Source of the DNA: Deltaproteobacteria bacterium
GTDB taxonomy: Bacteria; CG2-30-53-67
Length of the DNA stretch: 20,000 bases
NCBI GenBank assembly: GCA_013151235.1
Contig: JAADIO010000046.1
Location: 48,455-68,454, forward strand
Direction of reading: 5' to 3'
The translations under genes and the position numbers were made by a program. Shown here in pieces: positions 1-8,184 of this stretch. The notes beneath the pieces were generated by a model. The model made no database searches. It was not told where the DNA came from and was given only the letters and a program-made list of their open reading frames with translations. Numbering within the stretch: the first letter of the stretch is position 1; every line of letters starts with the position of its first letter.

Positions 1-393
1 GAGTTTCCCCTCCTGTGGGTTGAAAAGGAACAGCTCGTGGCGGTTCTTCGACTCCTTCGTGACCGTTTCGATTTCGAGTCCCTCATGTGCGAGACGGCGG
101 CCGACAAGGGGAATCATTTTGATCTGATCTATCACCTTTTCTGTACGGTCCGCAGGGAGACCCTGGTGATCAAGACGGAGGTTCCCCGCGGGAATCCGCA
201 GGTGGAGACGGCGGAAGAGGTATGGAGCTCGGCCAACTGGTACGAACGGGAGATCTTCGATCTGTTCGGTGTGGAGTTCATCGGCCACAGTGACCTGTCA
301 AGGATCCTGCTCCCGCCGGACTGGGTCGGCCATCCCCTCCGGAAGGACTACAGCCCGGCCGCGGAGTATCACGGCATGAAAATCGAGTTTTGA
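1..393 (+). CDS. nuoC: NADH-quinone oxidoreductase subunit C (5'-truncated by window edge)
   Basis: Frame is open from base 1. NuoC signature ANWYEREIFDLFGVEFIGH..RILLP.DWVGHPLRKDY. Separate from nuoD (not fused). Confidence 0.97.
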   Translation, partial: EFPLLWVEKEQLVAVLRLLRDRFDFESLMCETAADKGNHFDLIYHLFCTVRRETLVIKTEVPRGNPQVETAEEVWSSANWYEREIFDLFGVEFIGHSDLSRILLPPDWVGHPLRKDYSPAAEYHGMKIEF

Positions 394-427
394 TGAAACG
401 GTTTAAGACGAAACCCCGAGGTTGAAA

Positions 428-1558
428 ATGGCAACCGTACGATCCACGTTACGGACACAGGAAATGCTCCTCAACATGGGGCCGCATCATCCGAGTACTC
501 ACGGGGTACTGAGGCTGATTCTCCGTCTCGACGGGGAGGTGGTGGAAGATGTTTTCCCGGATATCGGCTATCTCCACCGGGGGATCGAGAAAATCGGAGA
601 GTCCCTGACCTACAGGCAGTTCATCCCCTACACCGACCGGGTGGAGTACCTCTCATCGATGAACGTCAATCACCTGTACTGCATGGCCGTGGAAAAACTG
701 GCCGGGATCGAGGTGCCGGAACGGGCGGAATACATCCGGGTGATCATGGCGGAGTTGAACCGGATCATCAGCCACATCATCGGCTGCGGGGCGCTTGCCA
801 TGGACCTCGGCGCCTTCACCCCATTTCTCTACGGCGTGGTGGAACGGGAAAAGGTGAACGATCTTTTCGAGATGACCTGCGGCCAGCGGCTGACCTACAA
901 TTACATGAGAATCGGCGGGGTCTCGCAGGACCTGCCCGAAGGATTTGTCGGGAAGTGCAATCTCTTTCTCGACGAGATGAAGTCCCGGTGGGACGAGATC
1001 AACCGGCTCATCACCGGAAATGAAATCTTCGTGCGGCGGCTGGCGGACGTGGCCGTCCTGACCGTGGAGGACGCCTTCGGTTACAACATCACCGGTCCCA
1101 ACCTTCGTGCTTCCGGTGTGGACTGGGACCTTCGGCGGGACATGCCCTACTCGGTCTATGACCGCTTCGGTTTTGATGTTCCCGTGGGCTACGGAGAGCG
1201 GGGAACCGTCGGGGACAGCTACGACCGTTATCTCATGCGGGTCCGGGAGATCTACGAATCCCTCCGGATCGTCCGGCAGGCACTGGACGGACTGCCGGAG
1301 GGGGAGGTGCAGGCGAGGGTCCCGAAGATCTTCAAACCGCCCGCAGGTGAGGTCTATATGAGGGCGGAGAGCCCCAGGGGGGAGATGGCCGTATATATCG
1401 AAAGTGACGGTTCGGCCAGGCCTGCACGAATCAAGTTCAAGACCCCTTCGTTTAATTCTCTGGGGGTGTTCAATAAGATCTGCCGGGGACATATGCTTTC
1501 CGACCTCGTGGCCGTGATCGGAAGTTTTGACATCGTCCTCCCGGAAGTGGACAGGTGA
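428..1558 (+). CDS. nuoD: NADH-quinone oxidoreductase subunit D
   Basis: Motifs NMGPHHPSTHGVLRL, GYLHRGIEK, ESPRGE and C-terminal DIVLPEVDR. ATG at 428 is preceded by GAGG. No NiFe-binding CxxC pairs. Confidence 0.97.
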   Translation: MATVRSTLRTQEMLLNMGPHHPSTHGVLRLILRLDGEVVEDVFPDIGYLHRGIEKIGESLTYRQFIPYTDRVEYLSSMNVNHLYCMAVEKLAGIEVPERAEYIRVIMAELNRIISHIIGCGALAMDLGAFTPFLYGVVEREKVNDLFEMTCGQRLTYNYMRIGGVSQDLPEGFVGKCNLFLDEMKSRWDEINRLITGNEIFVRRLADVAVLTVEDAFGYNITGPNLRASGVDWDLRRDMPYSVYDRFGFDVPVGYGERGTVGDSYDRYLMRVREIYESLRIVRQALDGLPEGEVQARVPKIFKPPAGEVYMRAESPRGEMAVYIESDGSARPARIKFKTPSFNSLGVFNKICRGHMLSDLVAVIGSFDIVLPEVDR

Positions 1559-2652
1559 CGGAGATGGAATCGAGCAGCAGACTCTTCTCGGAATTTCTGC
1601 AGCGGAGCCTACACATCAGTCCGGCTCTTGCCGCCGTCTTGTCGCTGATCGTTGGTGTCGGACTTGGCGTGGCGGCGATTCCCCTGATCCCCGGTTTCGG
1701 GAGTTACCTGGAGCGGAAGGTCGCGGCCGACATCCAGCAGCGGATCGGACCGAACCGGGCGGGGTTCCTTCCCTTCGGGATCATGCAGGTCCTGGCCGAC
1801 GGGATCAAGACATTGCAGAAGGAAGATCTGATCCCGGCCAAGGCGGACCGCTTTCTCTTCCGTGCGGCGCCCTATGTCTGTATCGTCGGGGTTTTCTCCT
1901 GCTTTGCTGCGATCCCGTTTTCGGAGTACTGGTACCCGGCGGACCTGAACATAGGGGTCTATTATATCCTCTGCGTTTCGTCGCTCATGGCGGTCGGGAT
2001 CGTCCTGGCGGGGTGGGCGTCGAACAACAAATGGACCCTCCTCGGCGGGATCCGTTCGGCCGGGCAGATGGTGAGCTACGAGATTCCCATCGCCGTGTCG
2101 GTGGTGACCGTGGCCATGCACTTCGGTTCCCTCGATCTTGCCGAGATTACGGCGGCGCAGAAGAACGGATGGGCCGTCGCTTTCTGGAATACCAATCCTT
2201 TTATTACGCTCTCTTTCGTTGTTTACTGGATCGCGGCCCTGGCCGAATGCAACCGGACCCCGTTCGATCTTCCGGAGGCAGAGTCGGAATTGGTGGCGGG
2301 CTACTTCACGGAGTACAGCGGCCTTCGCTTTTCCTTCTTTGCCATTGCCGAATATGCCGAAATGTTCGTTGTTTCGGCCATGGCCGTGATCCTCTACTTC
2401 GGCGGGTTCACTCTCCCCTTCGAGGGCTCTCTTTCCGTACTGAAGGGGTTGCCCGGAGGCGGGCTCGCGACGCTTCATTTTGCCGTCTTCCTGGTCAAGG
2501 TCTGGTTCATGATCTTTCTCATGATCTGGATCCGCTGGACCCTGCCCCGCTACCGGATCGACCAGTTGATGGATCTCTGCTGGAAGGGGCTTTTGCCCCT
2601 TGCCTTTTTAAACTTCTTAGGGTCGGCCTGTTGGATGGCCCTGATCGGTTAA
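1555..2652 (+). CDS. nuoH: NADH-quinone oxidoreductase subunit H
   Basis: Motifs ERKVAADIQQRIGPNR, ADGIKTLQKED, NRTPFDLPEAESELVAGYFTEYSG, PRYRIDQ. GTG start overlaps the nuoD stop (GTGA). Confidence 0.97.
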   Translation: MTEMESSSRLFSEFLQRSLHISPALAAVLSLIVGVGLGVAAIPLIPGFGSYLERKVAADIQQRIGPNRAGFLPFGIMQVLADGIKTLQKEDLIPAKADRFLFRAAPYVCIVGVFSCFAAIPFSEYWYPADLNIGVYYILCVSSLMAVGIVLAGWASNNKWTLLGGIRSAGQMVSYEIPIAVSVVTVAMHFGSLDLAEITAAQKNGWAVAFWNTNPFITLSFVVYWIAALAECNRTPFDLPEAESELVAGYFTEYSGLRFSFFAIAEYAEMFVVSAMAVILYFGGFTLPFEGSLSVLKGLPGGGLATLHFAVFLVKVWFMIFLMIWIRWTLPRYRIDQLMDLCWKGLLPLAFLNFLGSACWMALIG

Positions 2653-2655
2653 GAC

Positions 2656-3135
2656 ATGTTGAAAATGTTCAGGCAGACCGTGAAGACCCTTCGCACCTCC
2701 CTCACCGGGATGCGGATTACGGCGCGTTATTTCAAACCGGGCACGGAGGTAACCCGGGAGTATCCCGAGGTTCCGCCCTTATCCTTTGAGCGAACCCGGG
2801 GGCGGATGGATGTGGCCATGGATCGGTGTACCGCCTGCACCTTGTGTGCGAAGGCCTGTCCCGTGGAGTGCATCACCATCGAGACGGAAAAGAAGCGGGA
2901 AGGGAAGGGGAGGCGGGCGGCCCGGTTTGTCATCGATTTTTCCCGGTGCATGTTCTGCGGGCTCTGTGTGGAGGCCTGTCCTACGAAGGCGATCCGGCAT
3001 ACGGGCAAGTGCGATTTCTCCTCTTATCTGCGGGAAGACCTGGTGGAGGATTTCGGCATGGGATTCTACACGGAGGAGGAGAAGACAATAAAAACCAAGG
3101 CACTAAGGATCAAAGGCACAGAGGGGCAAAGTTGA
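2656..3135 (+). CDS. nuoI: NADH-quinone oxidoreductase subunit I (2x[4Fe-4S])
   Basis: TREYPE motif; two CxxCxxCxxxCP motifs (CTACTLCAKACP, CMFCGLCVEACP); position after nuoH. Confidence 0.95.
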   Translation: MLKMFRQTVKTLRTSLTGMRITARYFKPGTEVTREYPEVPPLSFERTRGRMDVAMDRCTACTLCAKACPVECITIETEKKREGKGRRAARFVIDFSRCMFCGLCVEACPTKAIRHTGKCDFSSYLREDLVEDFGMGFYTEEEKTIKTKALRIKGTEGQS

Positions 3136-3206
3136 AAGTAAAAAGCAAAGTCTAAACCAAAAGGCATTCACCATGAAGGATGATGAAGTCGTAAAAAGTC
3201 ACGAAG

Positions 3207-3308
3207 CCCTTCGACCCTTCGACCAGCTCAGGACAGGCGTGCTCAGGGCGAACGGTGTAAGTTATTGATATTCCGTTCGTGGTGAGCCTGTCGAACCATG
3301 AACGGAAT
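3207..3308. repeat. REP-like palindromic doublet inside the MITE
   Basis: CCCTTCGA..GCTCAGGGCGAACGG unit, plus an inverted related unit forming hairpin ATTCCGTTCGTGGT-GAGCCTGTCGA-ACCATGAACGGAAT (3270-3308). Confidence 0.75.
3258..3270 (-). promoter_or_regulatory. IHF consensus site
   Basis: Minus strand reads TATCAATAACTTA, an exact match to WATCAAnnnnTTR, centred between the two REP-like units. Confidence 0.55.
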
Positions 3309-3381
3309 CCGGAAAACGATTTTTTACGACTTCATCAAGGATATGAAGGGTATGAAGAAAGAAAGGGCAAATTCACCGCAG

Positions 3382-3465
3382 TCTCCCTGCCGGGAGAGGG
3401 GAAGTTGTTTTGCCTTGAGGATGTCACTTCCTCTCCCCTTAGGGAGAGGATGGAGGTGAGGGGGG
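3382..3465. repeat. Second REP-like family (CTCTCCC/GGGAGAG hairpins)
   Basis: Hairpins TCTCCC-tgcc-GGGAGA (3382-3397) and TCCTCTCCC-ctta-GGGAGAGGA (3429-3450), followed by TGGAGGTGAGGGGG. Confidence 0.65.
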
Positions 3466-3510
3466 ACGTTGGCTTCCGTCTGACCGTTGACTCTTACAAA
3501 CCGAGGGATC

Positions 3511-4035
3511 ATGGAACTCAAAGAGATCATCTTCATCCTGCTGGTTGTTGTAACGATCGTGTCTGCTTGGCTTGTGGTCTCGCTGAAGCACATCATCCAC
3601 GCGGCCTTTGCTCTGCTGATCACTTTCTTCGGTGTCGCCGGGCTCTTTGTCTATATCAGCGCCGATTTCCTGGCCGCGACACAGATTCTGATCTATGTGG
3701 GCGGGGTCATGATTCTCGTATTGTTTGCCATCATGCTCTCCGAGAAGGTTTATAACGTCAGCATATTCAACCGGTCGAAGATCCTGCCGGCTCTGCTCGT
3801 CTTCGGCGGGGTACAGTTTGTTCTTGTGCGGGTGATGTTGGAGTCGGCCTGGAGGATAAGGCCGGGAACGGCTTCGGTGATGCGCCCCACGACGAAGATC
3901 CTGGGGCGGCTTCTATTGAATGATTACCTGCTTCCGTTTGAGCTGGTCTCCGTTCTGCTCCTTGCCGCGCTGATCGGTTCGGTGGTGCTGATCCGAAAAG
4001 AGGTCCGGCGGGGACAACGCGGGGGGGAGGGGTGA
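3511..4035 (+). CDS. nuoJ: NADH-quinone oxidoreductase subunit J
   Basis: Motifs ADFLAATQILIYVGGVMIL.LFAIML and YLLPFELVSVLLLAALIG. ATG at 3511 follows GAGGG. Confidence 0.96.
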   Translation: MELKEIIFILLVVVTIVSAWLVVSLKHIIHAAFALLITFFGVAGLFVYISADFLAATQILIYVGGVMILVLFAIMLSEKVYNVSIFNRSKILPALLVFGGVQFVLVRVMLESAWRIRPGTASVMRPTTKILGRLLLNDYLLPFELVSVLLLAALIGSVVLIRKEVRRGQRGGEG

Positions 4036-4340
4036 TGATCTCCCTGGAAAGCTATCTTTTTGTCGGAATGATGCTCTTTGTTTTCGGCATGTTCGGGATC
4101 ATCACCCGGAAGAATGCCATCAGCGTTCTTCTCGGATTTGAACTGGTGATGAATGCCGCGGGGCTCAATTTTGCGGCCTTCTCCCATTTTACGGACAAGA
4201 CCATCCATGGGCAGGTCTTTACCCTCTTTATTATCGCCCTGGCTGCGGCGGAGTCGGTGGTCATCCTGGCCCTGATCATTGCGGTCTACCAGAAGATGGA
4301 TACGATTCAGATCGATGAGATTGATTCCTTAAAAGGGTAA
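4035..4340 (+). CDS. nuoK: NADH-quinone oxidoreductase subunit K
   Basis: Motifs RKNAI.VLLGFELVMNAA and GQVF.LFIIALAAAE. Start overlaps the nuoJ stop (ATG 4035, or GTG 4032). Confidence 0.96.
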   Translation: MISLESYLFVGMMLFVFGMFGIITRKNAISVLLGFELVMNAAGLNFAAFSHFTDKTIHGQVFTLFIIALAAAESVVILALIIAVYQKMDTIQIDEIDSLKG

Positions 4341-4431
4341 AGGGGGCCTGTTTGCAGATACTGTGACGCACCGGGAGTGCCGCCGTATTTACGAACAGGG
4401 CCGCTCAGCCCGGCATGAAGGGAAGGCATTT

Positions 4432-6537
4432 ATGATGACATACGATTTAGCGCATCCATCTTTTCCCGTGATTGTGCTGCTCCTTCCCCTTTCGGCCTTC
4501 GTGGTGCAGCTCTTCTTCGGCAAAAGGCTTCCCCGGGGCGGGGACTGGATTTCCACGACGGCGATCCTCGGCGGGTTCGTGCTTTCTCTCCTCACTGCGG
4601 TTGATGTCCTTTCTTACGGTGACCCGAACTTTCATTATGAGGTTTCCGTCCCCTGGATTGCCTTCGGTCATGTCACGCTGACCATGGGGATGCTCGTCGA
4701 TAACCTTACGGCGATCATGCTCGTCCTCGTAACGGGGATTGCCTCGTGCGTTCACTTCTTTTCCATGTACTATATGGACGGTGATGCCGGGTATCATCGC
4801 TATTTCGGTTATCTCTCCTTCTTTTGTTTTTCCATGCTGGGGATCGTGATTTCCGATAATCTCCTGATGACCTTCATGTTCTGGGAACTGGTCGGGTTTG
4901 CCTCCTATTCCCTGATCGGATTCTGGTTTCACAGGGACTCCGCCGCGGAGGCGCAGAAGAAGGCTTTCGTGGTCAACCGTGTCGGCGATGTCGGGTTCAT
5001 TGTCGGTCTGATGATCGTCTTCTCCCGGGTCGGGGACTTCCGTTTCAGCCGGGTTTTTGATGCCGTCGGCGCCGGCTCCTTCAACGGCGCAGTCCTCTTC
5101 GGGATTCCTCTTTTGACTGTTGCCGGAATCGGGATCTTTCTCGGGGCCATGGGGAAGTCGGCCCAGTTCCCCCTCCACGTCTGGCTCCCCGATGCCATGG
5201 AGGGGCCGACCACGGCGAGTTCCCTGATTCATGCCGCAACGATGGTGGCGGCAGGGGTCTTTCTTACGGCCCGGATCTTTCCGGTTCTGACGCCGGAGGC
5301 GTTGGTCTTCGTGACCTGGATCGGTGCGATCACGGCGATGATGGCGGCGACGATCGCCCTGGTCCAGCGGGATATCAAAAAGGTTCTCGCCTACTCCACG
5401 ATCAGCCAGCTCGGTTATATGATGTTGGGGCTCGGCGCCGGCGGTTACGCTGCGGGGTTGTCTCATCTCTTTACCCACGCCTTCTTCAAGTGCCTTCTCT
5501 TCCTCTGTGCCGGGAGCGTGATCCATTCCCTCCACACGCAGGACATGTTCGAGATGGGGGGGCTCAGAAAAAAAATGCCCGTGACTTTTATCACGATGCT
5601 GTCGGGGGCGCTTGCAATCTCCGGTGTCCCCTTTTTCTCCGGCTTCGTCAGTAAAGATGCCATCCTGACCCAGGTTTATCTGAAGACGCTGGAACAGCCC
5701 GACCTGCTCCATCGCATTCCCTTCCTCCTTGGGATGGGGGCGGCGGTGCTGACGGCCTTCTACATGTTTCGTTTGATCTTTCTGACCTTCTTCGGTACAC
5801 CGAGGGATCGGGGCAGATTTGATCACGCCCATGAATCGCCGCCTCTGGCGACGGTTCCTCTGGTGATCCTCGCGCTCTTTACCTTCGGGTTCTTCTGGAG
5901 CGGAAGTGTCGATCTGCCTGTGCCGGGCCATGCGGTTCGGATTCCCGTGGGGTTTGTTGAGGAAGGATGGATCTCTCATCTTCTCGTGCCGCCTGCCCTC
6001 AAAGGTCTTTCCGTCTCCACAGCGGAAGGAGATTACAGCGAAGCGAAGGAAGTCGAAGAAGGATATGCGGATCCGCACTCTGCAGCCCACCGCCGGGTGG
6101 GTCTCCTTTCCATGGCGGCGGCCGCCGCCGGGATTCTACTGGCCTGGATGATCTATCTGAAAGAATGGATCTCCGCCGGGGCGGTCCGGCGCCGGATGAT
6201 TGTTGCGGCCTTGTTCCTGGAAAACCTCTGGTATTTCGATTATCTCTATGACCGGGGAATCGTCCGGGGTCTGCATCGATGGAATCGTGCCGTCTTCCGG
6301 TTTGACCGGAAGGTGATTGACGGGCTGGTAAATGCCGTTGGTTGCGGCGGAGCCTGGACGGGACGTCTTGCCGGGGCTTTCGACCGGAACGTGATCGACG
6401 GATTGGTGACCCTGACAGCGGACTCCGCTCAACGTCTGGGGCGGGAGTTCAGCCGGTTTCAGACCGGCCGGATACAGGGGTATGTTTTTTTGGGCCTGCT
6501 GGCCCTCTGTCTCTATGTGATCGTCGGGGTAATGTAA
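4432..6537 (+). CDS. nuoL: NADH-quinone oxidoreductase subunit L with lengthened lateral helix
   Basis: Motifs FWELVG, KAFVVNRVGD, GKSAQFPLHVWLPDAMEGPT..S.LIHAATMV, KKVLAYSTISQLG, HAFFK. ATG at 4432 follows AAGGGAAGG. Confidence 0.97.
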   Translation: MMTYDLAHPSFPVIVLLLPLSAFVVQLFFGKRLPRGGDWISTTAILGGFVLSLLTAVDVLSYGDPNFHYEVSVPWIAFGHVTLTMGMLVDNLTAIMLVLVTGIASCVHFFSMYYMDGDAGYHRYFGYLSFFCFSMLGIVISDNLLMTFMFWELVGFASYSLIGFWFHRDSAAEAQKKAFVVNRVGDVGFIVGLMIVFSRVGDFRFSRVFDAVGAGSFNGAVLFGIPLLTVAGIGIFLGAMGKSAQFPLHVWLPDAMEGPTTASSLIHAATMVAAGVFLTARIFPVLTPEALVFVTWIGAITAMMAATIALVQRDIKKVLAYSTISQLGYMMLGLGAGGYAAGLSHLFTHAFFKCLLFLCAGSVIHSLHTQDMFEMGGLRKKMPVTFITMLSGALAISGVPFFSGFVSKDAILTQVYLKTLEQPDLLHRIPFLLGMGAAVLTAFYMFRLIFLTFFGTPRDRGRFDHAHESPPLATVPLVILALFTFGFFWSGSVDLPVPGHAVRIPVGFVEEGWISHLLVPPALKGLSVSTAEGDYSEAKEVEEGYADPHSAAHRRVGLLSMAAAAAGILLAWMIYLKEWISAGAVRRRMIVAALFLENLWYFDYLYDRGIVRGLHRWNRAVFRFDRKVIDGLVNAVGCGGAWTGRLAGAFDRNVIDGLVTLTADSAQRLGREFSRFQTGRIQGYVFLGLLALCLYVIVGVM

Positions 6538-6561
6538 TGAATCGAAGGGAGCGGACCTGAA

Positions 6562-8109
6562 ATGCTGATGAATCATATCCTGTCGTGGATGACCTTCTTT
6601 CCCCTTTCGGTCATGGTGGTGATTCTCTTTCTTCCCGGATCAAAGAAAAACCTGATCCGATGGACCGGTGTTCTCGGTTCTCTGGTTCCCTTCCTCCTTT
6701 CCTGCTGGATCTTTTTCGTCTATCAGGACAACGGCTCCCTGGCCTTCGTGGAGAGAAGCGCATGGATTCCCCTCTTTCATATCGAATACTACATGGCCAT
6801 CGACGGGCTTTCCGCCTCCCTTCTGATCCTGACGGCGCTGATCTCCTTTATCGCCGTGGTGGCCTCGTGGGGGATCGAAAAGCAGTTGAAAGGGTACTTC
6901 GCCCTGATGATGCTCCTGGAGACGGGGATGATCGGGGTCTTCTGTGCCCTCGACTTTTTCCTCTTTTACATCTTCTGGGAGCTGATGCTCCTGCCGATGT
7001 ATTTCCTCATCGGGATCTGGGGGGGGCCGCGGAAGGAGTATGCTGCGATCAAGTTCTTTCTCTACACCCTTGCGGGTTCGGTTCTGATGCTCCTCGCCAT
7101 GCTGGCGATCTATTTTTATTCGAATATCGACGGTCACCACTCCTTCGATCTTATCGCCCTGGCGGCGCACTACAAACAGTTCGAGGCGGCTCCTCCCATA
7201 TTCGGTTTCCGCTTTCCCCTGATCGTCTTTGCAGCGCTCTTCATCGGTTTTGCCATCAAGATACCCGTCTGGCCCTTCCACACCTGGCTGCCCGACGCCC
7301 ATGTGGAGGCGCCCACGGCGGTCAGTGTGATCCTGGCGGGGGTTCTTCTCAAGATGGGGGGATACGGTCTGCTCAGGATCTGTTATGCCGTCTTCCCCCG
7401 GGCGGCGATCTACTTCGCCGTGCCCATCGGGATTCTCGGGGTGACCAGTATTCTCTACGGCGCCTTCTGCGCCATGGCCCAGAAAGATCTGAAAAAACTG
7501 GTGGCCTACTCCTCCGTTTCCCATATGGGGTATGTCATGTTGGGGATTGCCGCCCTGCGGGAGACCAGTATGTTAGGCGCCGTCATGCAGATGTTCAACC
7601 ACGGCACGGCCACGGCCATGATGTTCCTTCTCGTCGGGGTGATCTATGACCGGGCACATCACAGGGACATGGAAAGGTTCGGCGGGATCGGGGCGGTGGT
7701 CCCCCGCTACATGGGGGTGATGATCCTGGCGACCTTCGCTTCGATGGGTCTGCCGGGGCTCTCCGGGTTCATCTCGGAGATCTTCGTCTTCCTGGGCTCC
7801 TTCCGGTCGGGGATTGCCTCCCATGCCGGGTCGGTCTGGAACTTTGTGAACTTTCAGTCCCTGACGATTATCGCCGCATTCGGTGTCGTGATTACGGCGG
7901 CCTATCTCCTCCGGATGCTGCAGAAGGTTTTTTTGGGTCCCCTGAATCCGGAATATGAGAACCTGGCCGAGATCAACGGCCGGGAAATCTTTACCCTCGT
8001 GCCTCTGGGGATTGCCGTGATCGTCTTCGGCGTTTACCCTATGCCGTTGATCCGGTTGATGAACTCATCCGTGACGCATCTTGTCGGGTTCATCCTGGGG
8101 AGTCAGTAG
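6562..8109 (+). CDS. nuoM: NADH-quinone oxidoreductase subunit M
   Basis: Motifs FYIFWELML.PMYFLIGIWG, YAAIKFFLYT, PFHTWLPDAHVEAPT, LLKMGGYG, KKLVAYSSVSHMG. Confidence 0.97.
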   Translation: MLMNHILSWMTFFPLSVMVVILFLPGSKKNLIRWTGVLGSLVPFLLSCWIFFVYQDNGSLAFVERSAWIPLFHIEYYMAIDGLSASLLILTALISFIAVVASWGIEKQLKGYFALMMLLETGMIGVFCALDFFLFYIFWELMLLPMYFLIGIWGGPRKEYAAIKFFLYTLAGSVLMLLAMLAIYFYSNIDGHHSFDLIALAAHYKQFEAAPPIFGFRFPLIVFAALFIGFAIKIPVWPFHTWLPDAHVEAPTAVSVILAGVLLKMGGYGLLRICYAVFPRAAIYFAVPIGILGVTSILYGAFCAMAQKDLKKLVAYSSVSHMGYVMLGIAALRETSMLGAVMQMFNHGTATAMMFLLVGVIYDRAHHRDMERFGGIGAVVPRYMGVMILATFASMGLPGLSGFISEIFVFLGSFRSGIASHAGSVWNFVNFQSLTIIAAFGVVITAAYLLRMLQKVFLGPLNPEYENLAEINGREIFTLVPLGIAVIVFGVYPMPLIRLMNSSVTHLVGFILGSQ

Positions 8110-8184
8110 GGCAGAGATGGGGAATAGAAATTGGAAATTGGGAAAGATTAAAAGCATTCACCTGAATTAAACCAGGGTGACTCT

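Larger units (their letters stand above)
3182..3336. mobile_element. 155-bp non-autonomous MITE with 19-bp terminal inverted repeats and 6-bp target-site duplication
   Basis: Left TIR GATGAAGTCGTAAAAAGTC (3182-3200) and right TIR GATTTTTTACGACTTCATC (3318-3336) match at 18/19. Flanked by direct repeat AAGGAT (3176-3181, 3337-3342). Confidence 0.85.

Noticed and set aside
428-1558. Group 4 [NiFe]-hydrogenase large subunit
   Set aside because: No N- or C-terminal CxxC Ni-binding motifs. It has NuoD quinone-site residues (HPSTHG, DRVEY).
3279-3755. 158-aa ORF MVSLSNHER...
   Set aside because: Translation of the REP-like repeat running out of frame into nuoJ; spurious.
4363-4431. Upstream GTG start for nuoL (and likewise the 16475 start for atpE)
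   Set aside because: Better RBS-associated ATGs exist at 4432 and 16577, and the extensions are not family-like.
4447-6090. Long antisense and alternative-frame ORFs over nuo, atp and gltX genes (e.g. 547 aa, 420 aa, 392 aa)
   Set aside because: Shadow ORFs expected from GC-rich codon bias. They have no recognisable motifs and overlap well-supported genes.
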